From: Aquabacterium fontiphilum
GTDB taxonomy: Bacteria; Pseudomonadota; Gammaproteobacteria; Burkholderiales; Burkholderiaceae_C
NCBI RefSeq assembly: GCF_009909205.1
Contig: NZ_JAAAPN010000005.1
Span: forward strand, 84,847-148,846
Length of the DNA: 64,000 nt
Reading direction: 5' to 3'
The notes under the pieces are model-generated. The model saw nothing but the letters and a program-made list of their open reading frames with translations, did no database searches and was not told the origin of the DNA. The first letter of the stretch is position 1. Each line of letters opens with the position of its first letter. A program made the position numbers and the translations under genes. Below are positions 44,194-53,416 of this stretch, piece by piece.

Positions 44194-46494
44194 ATGAGCG
44201 AGCCTCATTTTTTTGGCATCAGGCACCATGGACCAGGCTGCGCGCGCAGCTTGGTTCGCGCGTTTGCCGTCCTCAAGCCAGACTGCGTCTTGATAGAAGG
44301 GCCGCCTGAGGGCGACGCCTTGCTGCCCTTGATCGCCAGCGAGGGCATGCGGCCCCCGGTGGCCTTGCTCACCTATTGTCCGGACGAGCCCCGGTTGGCC
44401 GTGTACCACCCCTTTGCCGTGTTTTCGCCTGAATGGCAGGCTGCGCACTGGGCTGTTGTCGCAGGTGTCCCGGTCCGATTCATTGACTTGCCGATCACGC
44501 ATGGGCTGGCGCTGGACAAAGTGCAGCGTGACCTTGAGCGGGTTGCCGATCAGACGGCCGAGCCAGACGCCACCGGCCTTGATGCACATGGGGCTTCTCC
44601 AGCGTCTGTCCTGCCCGAGCCCGTGGAACGCCGCGATCCATTGAACTGGCTCGCGCATGCTGCCGGTTATGCAGACGGCGAATCCTGGTGGAATCACATG
44701 GTCGAGGAGCGAGGAGACGGCGAGCAACTCTTTGCCGCCATCTCCGAAGCCATGCTTGCGCTGCGGGCCGACTGGAAAGACAGCCCTTGTGATGAGCATG
44801 AGGCCCACCGGGAGGACTTGAGAGAGGCTCATATGCGGCAGTGCATCCGTGCTGCCCAGAAGGAAGGCTTCGAGCGTATCGCGGTCGTCTGTGGTGCCTG
44901 GCATCTGGGGGGGCTGCAAGCGAGCACCACGGCGAAGGCCGATCAGACCTTGCTCAAAGGCTTGCCCAAGGTCAAGGTGCAAACGACGTGGGTGCCGTGG
45001 ACCTACCGTCATTTGACGCGTGCCAGTGGTTATGGTGCGGGCATCGCCTCGCCAGGGTGGTACGAGCACCTCTGGGCCAGCCATGACAACGCGCAGCCTC
45101 GGACCGTGACCTGGCTGGCGCGCGTGGCTCGGCTGATGCGAGAGCGGGATCTCGATTGTTCATCGGCGCACTTGATCGAGGCGGCCCGATTGGCCGATGC
45201 TCTGGCGGCCCTGCGAGATCGTCCTGCCCCCGGCCTGGAAGAGCTGCATGAGGCGAGTCGTACCGTCCTGACCATGGGCGACGAATCGGTGCTGCATTTC
45301 ATTCGGGATGCCTTGGTGGTCGGCGATCGGCTGGGCCAAGTCCCGTCCGATGTGCCCACAGTGCCCTTGCAGAGGGATGTCGAGCAGGCACAGAGATCCT
45401 TGCGGCTCAAACCCGAAGCCACACAGAAGACGCTGGACCTTGATCTGCGCCATGCCAATGACCTGGCGCGCAGCCATCTGCTGCACCGCCTGCACCTGCT
45501 GGACATCCCTTGGGGCACGATGACCAAGGTGGGCCGGTCGTCCAAGGGTACCTTTCACGAGGTCTGGTCTCTCCAATGGCAGCCTGAGTTCGTGCTGCGT
45601 CTGATCGAAGCCAGCCAGTGGGGGCAAACCGTGCAGGACGCCGCCGTGGCCAAGGTGGTCGATCAGTGCTCGCGTATTGGCACCTTGTCTGAGTTGTCGG
45701 CTTTGGTCGACCGGGTCTTGCTGGCGGATCTGCACACGGCCGTGGCGGTGGCCACACGCGCACTCGAAGATCGGGCTGCGCTGACTGGTGATGCCCTGCA
45801 ACTTCTGGCCGCCTTGCCCTCATTGAGCAATGTGTTTCGCTATGGCAACGTGCGACAGACCGATGCGGCTATGGTCGGGCATGTGCTGGATGGCCTCATT
45901 GTTCGGGCCGCCATCAGCCTGCCGCTGGCTTGCGCTGCATTGGACGACGCCGCTGCTGATGCGTTGCGGGACAAGCTGCTCGGCGCCCATGCGGCGGTCA
46001 AGCTGCGAGACGGTGATGAGCAGGCCGAACTCTGGCAGCAATCCTTGAACCAGATCGCCCTTCACTCTGGCGCACACGAGTTGCTGCAAGGCGTGGCGGT
46101 GCGCTTGCTGCTGGATGATGGCACCTGGACCGTGGACCGAGTCGCCAGCGCCTTGTCATTGCACCTGTCATCTGGCGCCGAGCCTGCCAAAGCGGCCGCT
46201 TGGCTGGACGGCTTCCTGAACCGCAATGCGGTGGTACTGCTGCACGACGCCCGCGTCTGGCAACTCGTCAACGATTGGCTGGTGGGTTTGAACGAAGAGC
46301 ACTTCGTGCGTGTGCTGCCATTGGTGCGACGCACCTTCTCGGTTTTTGGTCCCAGCGAGCGTCGGGATCTGGGGCAGCGGGCCAGTCGCGGCGCACAGGT
46401 GCCTGCTGTGAAGATGGCACAGCCTCTCTGGGATGAAGACCGTGCCGTTCTGGCCTTGCCCGTCTTGCGGCAGATTCTGGGTGTGAACACATGA
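44194..46494 (+). CDS. Large hypothetical protein (766 aa), fourth gene of the cassette
   Basis: MSEPHFFGIRHHGPGCARSLV… Starts 12 nt after the MoxR gene and its end overlaps the VWA start. Function unknown. Confidence 0.6.
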   Translation: MSEPHFFGIRHHGPGCARSLVRAFAVLKPDCVLIEGPPEGDALLPLIASEGMRPPVALLTYCPDEPRLAVYHPFAVFSPEWQAAHWAVVAGVPVRFIDLPITHGLALDKVQRDLERVADQTAEPDATGLDAHGASPASVLPEPVERRDPLNWLAHAAGYADGESWWNHMVEERGDGEQLFAAISEAMLALRADWKDSPCDEHEAHREDLREAHMRQCIRAAQKEGFERIAVVCGAWHLGGLQASTTAKADQTLLKGLPKVKVQTTWVPWTYRHLTRASGYGAGIASPGWYEHLWASHDNAQPRTVTWLARVARLMRERDLDCSSAHLIEAARLADALAALRDRPAPGLEELHEASRTVLTMGDESVLHFIRDALVVGDRLGQVPSDVPTVPLQRDVEQAQRSLRLKPEATQKTLDLDLRHANDLARSHLLHRLHLLDIPWGTMTKVGRSSKGTFHEVWSLQWQPEFVLRLIEASQWGQTVQDAAVAKVVDQCSRIGTLSELSALVDRVLLADLHTAVAVATRALEDRAALTGDALQLLAALPSLSNVFRYGNVRQTDAAMVGHVLDGLIVRAAISLPLACAALDDAAADALRDKLLGAHAAVKLRDGDEQAELWQQSLNQIALHSGAHELLQGVAVRLLLDDGTWTVDRVASALSLHLSSGAEPAKAAAWLDGFLNRNAVVLLHDARVWQLVNDWLVGLNEEHFVRVLPLVRRTFSVFGPSERRDLGQRASRGAQVPAVKMAQPLWDEDRAVLALPVLRQILGVNT

Positions 46495-47678
46495 GCGCAT
46501 CATCGAATGACGACGACCGCCTGCGTCGCTGGCGAATGGTGCTGGGCGGCGAAGCTGAGCAGAGCTGCGGATCATTGACCGGTGCTATGGCCGAAATGGA
46601 CCAGGGCTTGGCTGCGCTTTATGAAGCGCAAGGGCCAGGTGGCTTGCAGTCCAGGGACAGGCGTGGCGGTCGGGGCGGTTCAGCCCCCAGTGTTGCGCGC
46701 TGGCTGGGTGACATCCGCAAGTACTTTCCCAGTTCTGTCGTACAGGTCATGCAGCGCGACGCATTGGAGCGGTTGAACATGCGCGACATGCTGCTGCAGC
46801 CCGAAATGCTCGAACGCGTGCAGCCTGATGTGCACCTGGTCGCCAACCTGATGGCCTTGTCCCGCGTGATCCCCGAGGGCACGAAAGAAACCGCCCGCAT
46901 GGTGGTGCGTCGGGTGGTGGATGACCTGATGAAACGGCTGGAAGACCCCATGCGATCGGCTGTCAGTGGCGCATTGGACCGCAGCCAGCGCAACCGCCGG
47001 CCACGTCATGCCGAGATCGATTGGCAACGCACCATACGGGCCAATTTGAAGCACTGGCAGCCCGACTACCAAACCGTCGTGCCAGAGACCTTGATCGGCT
47101 ATGGCCGCAAAGCCCGCAAGCCGCAACGCGAGGTCGTTTTGTGCATCGACCAAAGCGGCTCCATGGCCAATTCGGTGGTGTATGCCAGTATCTTCGGTGC
47201 CGTCCTGGCCTCCTTGCCTGCGGTAGCCACCAAGCTGGTCGTGTTCGATACGGCGGTGGTTGATCTCACCGAGCAGCTTCATGATCCGGTCGATGTCTTG
47301 TTTGGTGTTCAGCTGGGTGGCGGCACGGACATCAATGGTGCGGTGGGCTACTGTCAATCGCTGATACGGGAACCACGCAACACGATCTTCGTGCTGATAT
47401 CGGACCTGTACGAAGGCGGCGTCGAAGCCAACCTCTTGCGTCGTGCCATCGAACTGGTCGACAGCGGCGTGCAGTTCATCACCCTGTTGGCCTTGAGCGA
47501 TGAAGGCGCACCTGCCTACGACCATGCCTTGGCAGCCAAGTTGGCGGCATTGGGCGTGCCTTCATTTGCTTGCACGCCCGATGCCTTTCCGGGCTTGATG
47601 GCTGCGGCCATTCGGCGCGATGACATATCGGCGTGGGTGGCCGCTCAGGGGCTTGTGACCCGTGCAAAGGTTCGATGA
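46491..47678 (+). CDS. von Willebrand factor type A (VWA) domain protein with MIDAS motif
   Basis: …REVVLCIDQSGSMANSV… (DxSxS MIDAS) and …IFVLISDLYEGG…; 395 aa. Canonical partner of MoxR ATPases. Confidence 0.8.
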   Translation: MSASSNDDDRLRRWRMVLGGEAEQSCGSLTGAMAEMDQGLAALYEAQGPGGLQSRDRRGGRGGSAPSVARWLGDIRKYFPSSVVQVMQRDALERLNMRDMLLQPEMLERVQPDVHLVANLMALSRVIPEGTKETARMVVRRVVDDLMKRLEDPMRSAVSGALDRSQRNRRPRHAEIDWQRTIRANLKHWQPDYQTVVPETLIGYGRKARKPQREVVLCIDQSGSMANSVVYASIFGAVLASLPAVATKLVVFDTAVVDLTEQLHDPVDVLFGVQLGGGTDINGAVGYCQSLIREPRNTIFVLISDLYEGGVEANLLRRAIELVDSGVQFITLLALSDEGAPAYDHALAAKLAALGVPSFACTPDAFPGLMAAAIRRDDISAWVAAQGLVTRAKVR

Positions 47679-48005
47679 GCGCGAAGTTGTTTAGGACTTT
47701 GGCGTTTAGGTAGGACCGCCTGAAGCTTCGCAAGTGCTTGGTGCACAACGCGCATCGTTCACGACTTTGTTCGGTGACAACAGAGCGGGACATGGCGCCG
47801 AGGTTTGGGATTCAAGAGCCACGGATTGCCTCAGGGAGCACGCTTTCGAGCGACTCTTGGGCGGCGCGCCGTCGTTGCTTTCGGCATGAGTCAAGCGACT
47901 GCTGTGCTGCGTGAGGGGTATGGTCGTCCAGGATCTTGAATGGATCCGGGATGGTATCTTCAAACGGGCGAGAGAATCGTTAACTCAAACGTTCGGTAAA
48001 TGGAA

Positions 48006-50942
48006 TCAGAGGCGCCGGTCATGACGCCCCCCAGCCGCCAGCGCCAGCACCTCTGCCAAGTGCATCGGCAGGCCCAGCCCGGCCTGGCTGATCTGCTCGC
48101 GGCAGCTGAAACCGTTGGCGATCACGAGGGTGTCAGCCGGCGCCGAGCGGATCGCTGGCAGCAGCACGCGCTCGGCGCAGCGCTGCGAGACCTCGTACTT
48201 GTCGCGCTCGAAGCCGAACGAGCCGGCCATGCCGCAGCAGCCGGCATCCAGCAGGTTGACGTCGAGCCCCAGGCGCTGGAGCAGCGCCTGCTCGGCATCC
48301 AGGCCCAGCACGGCACGGTGATGGCAGTGCGCATGCACCAGCGCCTGTCTGTGCAGGGGAGTCCAGCCCGTGTCGACACCGGAGTCGAGGCGCGCCGCCA
48401 CGAAGTCGCCCAGCATCTGCGCCTGCTGGCGCAGCCGGCGTGCTTGCTGGTTGAAGGGCATGAGCGCGTGCAGTTCGTCCTTGAACACAGACATGCAGGC
48501 GGGCTCCAGCCCGATGACGGGCGTGCCGGCGCGGATGTCGGCGTCCAGCGCCTGAAGCACATGCTTGAGCTTGGCGCGGGCCTCGTCCAACAGGCCGAAC
48601 TCGTACAGCGGCCGCCCGCAGCACAGGGGCTGCGGCGGCACGACCACGTCGCAGCCCAGTTGCGTCAACACGCGCCAGGCGGAGGTGAGCGTATCGGGGT
48701 GGAAGTGGTTGTTGAAGGTGTCCGCCCACAGGATGACCCGCTGGCCTTGACGGTGCCCGGGCAGGCGATGCGCCCGATGAGCCGTGGTGAAGGGCAGGGG
48801 GGCGAAGGTTGGCAGGCGGCGTTGCGGCGCGATGCCGACGAGCCGCTTGAGCCAGGAGGCCGTGGGTTCGTGCTGGCTGAGGTAGTTGGCCAGCCGAGGG
48901 GCGTGAGCCGCCCACCGTGACCAGCGGTCGATGTGGCCGAACGCGTGGGCTGTCAGGGGCCGCAGCCGCCCGGCATAGTGGTGCGCCATGAACTCGGCCT
49001 TGTAGGTGGCCATGTCGACGCTGACGGGGCATTCGCGCTTGCAGCCCTTGCACGACAGGCAGAGGTCGAGTGCCTGTTTGACCGATTCGTTGCGCCAACC
49101 GTCTTTCAGCACGTCGCCTTCGGCCATCTCGAACAGCAGGCGAGCGCGTCCGCGCGTGCTGTGCATCTCGTCGCCCGTGGCCATGTAGCTGGGGCACATC
49201 AGGCCTTCTTGCTTGCGGCATTCGCCCACGCCCACGCAGCGCAGCAGCGCATGTGTGAAGCTGCCCGCGTCGTCAGGGTAGCGGAAGTGGGTGTCCAGGT
49301 CGGGGGTGTCGTAACGGGTGCCCAGCCGCAGGTTCTCGTCGGGCGCATAGGCGTCCACCACCTTGCCGGGATTCATGCGGTTGTGCGGGTCCCAGATGTG
49401 CTTGAAGGCCCGGAACGCTGTCATCAGGCGGGGGCCGTACATCAGGGGCAGCAGCGCCGCCTTGGATTGGCCGTCGCCGTGTTCGCCAGAGATGGCGCCA
49501 CCCATGCTGACAGCCAGCTGCGCGGCATCGTCAATGAAGCGACGAAAGCGCGCGATGCCCTGCGCGGTGACCAGATCGAAGTTGATGCGTGTGTGCACGC
49601 ATCCCTGCCCGAAGTGGCCGTATAGATCGGCTTCGTAGCCGTGCTGGTCCAGCAGCGCACGAAAGCGTCGCAGGTACTCGCCGAGCCGCTCGGGCGGCAC
49701 GGCGGCGTCCTCCCATCCCTCCCAGGTCAGGTGCTTGTCGGGCACGTGGGCTGTGGCGCCCAGCCCAGCCTCGCGAATGCGCCAGACCTGGTGTTGCTCG
49801 TCCGGGTCGGTGTAGAGCGCCATCGTGGGCGCGTCGGGGCTGGCTGACAGGGCCTGCATGGCAGCTTGCGCGTGCTGTGCCGCTTGTGCGGGGGTGTCGC
49901 CCCCGAACTCCACGAGCAGCCAACCTGCCCCGGAGGGCAGCAGCGCAAGCTCGTCCACCCGCAACCCGGATGCGCGCATGTCGTGGACGAGGTCGTCGTC
50001 CATGCCCTCCAGTGCGATGGGCCCGTGTTGCATCACCGTGCAGACATGGTCGCCCGCATCGTAGACGCTGGGGTAGCCCAGCACCAGCAACGCACGGTGG
50101 GCCGGGTTGTCCACCAGCCGCACGGTGGCTTCCAGCACGACGACGCAGGTGCCTTCGCTGCCCACCAGCGCCTGCGCGACGTGCATGGGCTGGCCGGGCA
50201 GCAAGGCATCGAGGTTGTAGCCAGACACGCGGCGGGGAATGTCGGGAAAGCGCGCGCGGATCTCATCACCGTACTGCGCACCCAGGGCGCGCAGCTCGGC
50301 GTGGATCTCGGCGATGCGGCCGCCCGCCAGCTGGATCGCCGCGAAGCAGGCGTCATCGACCTCACCGGCGTGCATGCGCGTGCCGTCGTACAGCAGGACG
50401 TCAAGGGCGACGATGTTTTCCTGCGTTTTGCCGCCCATCACCGAGTGGGGGCCGCATGAGTTGTTGCCGATCATGCCGCCCAGGGTGTTGTGATTGTGGG
50501 TGGACGGATCGGGCGCAAAGGTGAGGCCATGGCGCGCCGCCGCACGTCGGAGTTCGTCGAGCACCACGCCGGGCTCCACGCGGGCAACCTTGCGCGCCGG
50601 GTCGATCTCGATGATGCGGTTGAGATGCGCGGAGAAGTCGATGACGACGGCCGCGTTGCAGCATTGGCCGCACAGGCTGGTTCCGCCGCCCCGGGACAGC
50701 ACGGGCAGGTCGTGCTCGCGGCAGATGGCCACCGTGGTGACCACATCATCGACCGTGCGCGGGATGACCACGCCCACGGGCACCTGGCGGTAATTGGATG
50801 CGTCGGTCGCGTAAAGCGCCCGGCTCGCCGCATCGAAGCGCACGTCCGCCTGGGTGCGTGCGCGCAGCGCGGTCTCGACGGTGCGCATCACCTTGCCTGG
50901 CACCCGCTTTGCCGGGCGTGCATCTTGGAGTGGCTGGGCCAT
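48006..50942 (-). CDS. FAD-linked oxidase fused to a C-terminal Fe-S (CCG-type) domain, YdiJ-like 2-hydroxyacid dehydrogenase
   Basis: 978 aa; FAD-binding PCMH region …VVIPRTVDDVVTTVAICREHDLPVLSRGGGTSLCGQ…; C-terminal Cys clusters (CLSCKGCKRECP…, …CCGRP…, …DAGCCGMAGSFG). Confidence 0.8.
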   Translation of the reverse strand: MAQPLQDARPAKRVPGKVMRTVETALRARTQADVRFDAASRALYATDASNYRQVPVGVVIPRTVDDVVTTVAICREHDLPVLSRGGGTSLCGQCCNAAVVIDFSAHLNRIIEIDPARKVARVEPGVVLDELRRAAARHGLTFAPDPSTHNHNTLGGMIGNNSCGPHSVMGGKTQENIVALDVLLYDGTRMHAGEVDDACFAAIQLAGGRIAEIHAELRALGAQYGDEIRARFPDIPRRVSGYNLDALLPGQPMHVAQALVGSEGTCVVVLEATVRLVDNPAHRALLVLGYPSVYDAGDHVCTVMQHGPIALEGMDDDLVHDMRASGLRVDELALLPSGAGWLLVEFGGDTPAQAAQHAQAAMQALSASPDAPTMALYTDPDEQHQVWRIREAGLGATAHVPDKHLTWEGWEDAAVPPERLGEYLRRFRALLDQHGYEADLYGHFGQGCVHTRINFDLVTAQGIARFRRFIDDAAQLAVSMGGAISGEHGDGQSKAALLPLMYGPRLMTAFRAFKHIWDPHNRMNPGKVVDAYAPDENLRLGTRYDTPDLDTHFRYPDDAGSFTHALLRCVGVGECRKQEGLMCPSYMATGDEMHSTRGRARLLFEMAEGDVLKDGWRNESVKQALDLCLSCKGCKRECPVSVDMATYKAEFMAHHYAGRLRPLTAHAFGHIDRWSRWAAHAPRLANYLSQHEPTASWLKRLVGIAPQRRLPTFAPLPFTTAHRAHRLPGHRQGQRVILWADTFNNHFHPDTLTSAWRVLTQLGCDVVVPPQPLCCGRPLYEFGLLDEARAKLKHVLQALDADIRAGTPVIGLEPACMSVFKDELHALMPFNQQARRLRQQAQMLGDFVAARLDSGVDTGWTPLHRQALVHAHCHHRAVLGLDAEQALLQRLGLDVNLLDAGCCGMAGSFGFERDKYEVSQRCAERVLLPAIRSAPADTLVIANGFSCREQISQAGLGLPMHLAEVLALAAGGRHDRRL

Positions 50943-50963
50943 GGTGATGCGGGTGGGGCGCGG

Positions 50964-52769
50964 TCAGCGTCCCTTGTCGGCCGGGAACATCGTTGCCCAA
51001 AGCTGCCGGGCCGATTGCTTGACCATCTCGAGCGCGTCCGGGTCGCGGTGCCAGAGGGCAGACAGGTAGGCCTTGGCCTGCTCCAGCTTGATGTGCGGCG
51101 GCAGGGGCGGCACATTCGGGTCGGTCACCATCTCGACGACGGTAGGCACATCGGCCGCCAAGGCGGTGTCCCAGGCAGCGGCCACCTCTTCGGGCTGGGT
51201 GACGCGGATGCCGTTGAGCCCCAGCAGGCGCGCGTACTCGGCATAGGGAAAGTCGGGAACCACTTGCGAGGCCTCGAACTTGGGATCGCCCGCCATGGCG
51301 CGCTGCTCCCACGTGACCTGGTTGAGGTCGCCATTGTTGAGAACCAGAATGGTCAGCTTGGGGCTGGCCCAACGCCGCCAGTACGTGGCGATCGAGATCA
51401 GGCCATTGAGGCCGTTCATCTGCATGGCGCCGTCACCCAGCATCGCGATGACGTGGCGCTCCGGGTGGGCGAACTTTGCCGCAATCGCATAGGGAACGGC
51501 TGGGCCCATGGTGGCCAGCCCGCCAGACAGCGATGCTTTCATGCCTCGGCGGATGCGCAGATCGCGCGCATACCAGTTGGCCGCCGAGCCTGAGTCGCAC
51601 GTGAGGATGCAGTTGTCCGGCAGACGGGGCGACAACTCCCAGAAAGGGAGTTGAGGATTGATGCCGCTTGCACCCGCCATCGCCCGCGCCTCCAGCACGC
51701 GCCACCACCTTTCGACGCTTGCTTCGATGTCGTTTCGCCAGGCGCGGTCCGTCTGTTGCGACAGCAGGGGCAACAAGGCTTGCAAGGTTTCACGGCTGTC
51801 GCCGATCAGGCCCACCTCCATCGGGTAGCGCATGTTGAGCTTGCGGCCGTCGATGTCGATCTGCACGCCGCGGGCCTGGCCTTCTTCGGGCAGGAACTCG
51901 GAATAGGGAAAGCTGGAGCCCACCATGAGCAGGGTGTCGCAGCCGGACATCAGGTCCCAGCTGGGCTGGGTGCCCAGTAGGCCGATCGAGCCAGTCACAA
52001 AGGGCAGGTCATCCGGCACCGCGGCTTTGCCCAGCAGGGCCTTGGCGACGCCGGCGCCCAGCCGCTCTGCAACGGCAATGATCTCATCGGTGGCGTTCAG
52101 CGCGCCGGCCCCGACGAGGATGGCCACTTTCTTGCCCGCATTGAGCACGTCGGCGGCGCGTTGCAGTTCGGGCAGCGACGGCACGATACGCGCGCTCGGG
52201 TGGTCGATGCCGCTGAGGATGGTGCCGTGTTTGCGGGGCGGGGTCTCGACCGCATCGAGCTCTTGCAGATCGTGCGGCACGATGATGCAGGTGACGGTGC
52301 GCCGGTCGCGCGCGATGCGCACGGCGCGGTCGACGAGGTGGCGGATCTGCGCGGGCGCGGTCGCCATCTGCACGAACTCGTGGGCCACGTCCTTGAACAG
52401 CGATAGCAGGTCGACCTCTTGCTGGTAGTCGCCGCCCATGGCGGTGCGCGCCTGCTGGCCGACGATGGCCACCACGGGCTGGTGGTCGAGCTTGGCGTCA
52501 TACAAGCCATTGAGCAGGTGAATGGCGCCCGGGCCGGAGGTGGCCAGGCACACGCCGACCTCGCCGGTGAACTTGGCATGGGCACAGGCCATGAAGGCGG
52601 CAAGCTCTTCGTGTCGTGTCTGAATGAAATCGATGCCAAGGTCGTGCTTGCGCGCACGGTCCAGCGCGCCCATCAGGCCGTTGATGCCATCGCCGGGGTA
52701 GCCGTAGATGCGGTGCACGCCCCAGGCGTGCAGTCGTTTGAGCATGAAGTCGCTGACGGTGTCTGTCAT
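50964..52769 (-). CDS. poxB: Thiamine-diphosphate pyruvate oxidase/dehydrogenase (PoxB-like)
   Basis: MTDTVSDFMLKRLHAWGVHRIYGYPGDGINGL… TPP N-domain, GDGAMQMNGLNGLI TPP-binding motif, and C-terminus …PPLPPHIKLEQAKAY… resembling the E. coli PoxB membrane-binding tail. Confidence 0.75.
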   Translation of the reverse strand: MTDTVSDFMLKRLHAWGVHRIYGYPGDGINGLMGALDRARKHDLGIDFIQTRHEELAAFMACAHAKFTGEVGVCLATSGPGAIHLLNGLYDAKLDHQPVVAIVGQQARTAMGGDYQQEVDLLSLFKDVAHEFVQMATAPAQIRHLVDRAVRIARDRRTVTCIIVPHDLQELDAVETPPRKHGTILSGIDHPSARIVPSLPELQRAADVLNAGKKVAILVGAGALNATDEIIAVAERLGAGVAKALLGKAAVPDDLPFVTGSIGLLGTQPSWDLMSGCDTLLMVGSSFPYSEFLPEEGQARGVQIDIDGRKLNMRYPMEVGLIGDSRETLQALLPLLSQQTDRAWRNDIEASVERWWRVLEARAMAGASGINPQLPFWELSPRLPDNCILTCDSGSAANWYARDLRIRRGMKASLSGGLATMGPAVPYAIAAKFAHPERHVIAMLGDGAMQMNGLNGLISIATYWRRWASPKLTILVLNNGDLNQVTWEQRAMAGDPKFEASQVVPDFPYAEYARLLGLNGIRVTQPEEVAAAWDTALAADVPTVVEMVTDPNVPPLPPHIKLEQAKAYLSALWHRDPDALEMVKQSARQLWATMFPADKGR

Positions 52770-52847
52770 GTTCGGGCCTCGCAGGTGTCAAAAGGGTCGG
52801 CTCCCAGGCGGGGCAAATGGCGCGCCCAGCTGTGGCACGATGCCCCC

Positions 52848-53396
52848 ATGGGCCACCCTCCTGACCACGCACCCGACCGCGCCCCCAATCTTGTTTCTGC
52901 CGCGGACAAGACGCTGCTGATCGTCTACCACTCGATGACCGGTGGTGCCCACCAGATGGCGCAGGCGGCCTGTGACGGCGCGCAGGGCGAGCCCGGCGTG
53001 CGTGTGCGGCTGCGCCACGCCTCAGACGTGGCGCCCGATGAGGTGCTCGCGGCCGACGGCTACATCTTTGCCACGCCCGAGAACCTCGCGGCCATCAGTG
53101 GCCAGCTCAAGGACTTCTTTGACCGTTGCTACTACCCGGTGCTGGACCGCATCAACGGGCGCCCGTATGCCAGCCTGATCTGCGCAGGCAGCGACGGCAG
53201 CAACGCGGCCCGGCAGATCGCGCGCATCGCCATGGGCTGGCGCTTGAAGCCGGTGGCCGAGCCGTTGATCGTGTGCACGCACGCGCAGACGCCCGAGGCG
53301 ATTGCGGCGCCCAAGCAGATCGATGAGGAATCTTTGACCGCCTGCCGAGCCCTGGGTGAGGCGCTGGCGGCGGGCTTGGTGTTGGGCGTGTTCTGA
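52848..53396 (+). CDS. Flavodoxin-like fold / NAD(P)H-dependent FMN reductase-like protein
   Basis: …KTLLIVYHSMTGGAHQMAQAA… and …ADGYIFATPENLAAISGQLKDFFDR… typical flavodoxin-like motifs. Start chosen at an in-frame ATG; true start uncertain. Confidence 0.6.
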   Translation: MGHPPDHAPDRAPNLVSAADKTLLIVYHSMTGGAHQMAQAACDGAQGEPGVRVRLRHASDVAPDEVLAADGYIFATPENLAAISGQLKDFFDRCYYPVLDRINGRPYASLICAGSDGSNAARQIARIAMGWRLKPVAEPLIVCTHAQTPEAIAAPKQIDEESLTACRALGEALAAGLVLGVF

Positions 53397-53416
53397 CTGC
53401 CGCAGCTGTGGCCCGC

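Larger units (their letters stand above)
27755..47990. other. Putative horizontally acquired island downstream of glmS (lower GC, accessory gene content; no integrase/transposase seen in window)
   Basis: Visible GC drop (about 58-62% versus about 68-70% in flanks). Begins immediately 3-prime of glmS, a classic integration hotspot, and ends at a 320-bp AT-rich non-coding spacer (47679-48005). Contains tRNA genes, tRNA-like remnants, an HNH nuclease and several modules of unknown function. Confidence 0.45.

Noticed and set aside
47706-47963. 85-aa minus-strand ORF in the AT-rich spacer at the island edge
   Set aside because: No RBS, Ser/Pro-rich low-complexity product, located in the most AT-rich non-coding stretch. 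Treated as non-coding.
48115-51593. Plus-strand ORFs (48133..49221, 49589..50524, 50490..51593 and others) opposite the YdiJ-like and poxB genes
   Set aside because: Arg/Pro-rich low-complexity antisense frames. The minus-strand proteins carry clear FAD/Fe-S and TPP motifs.
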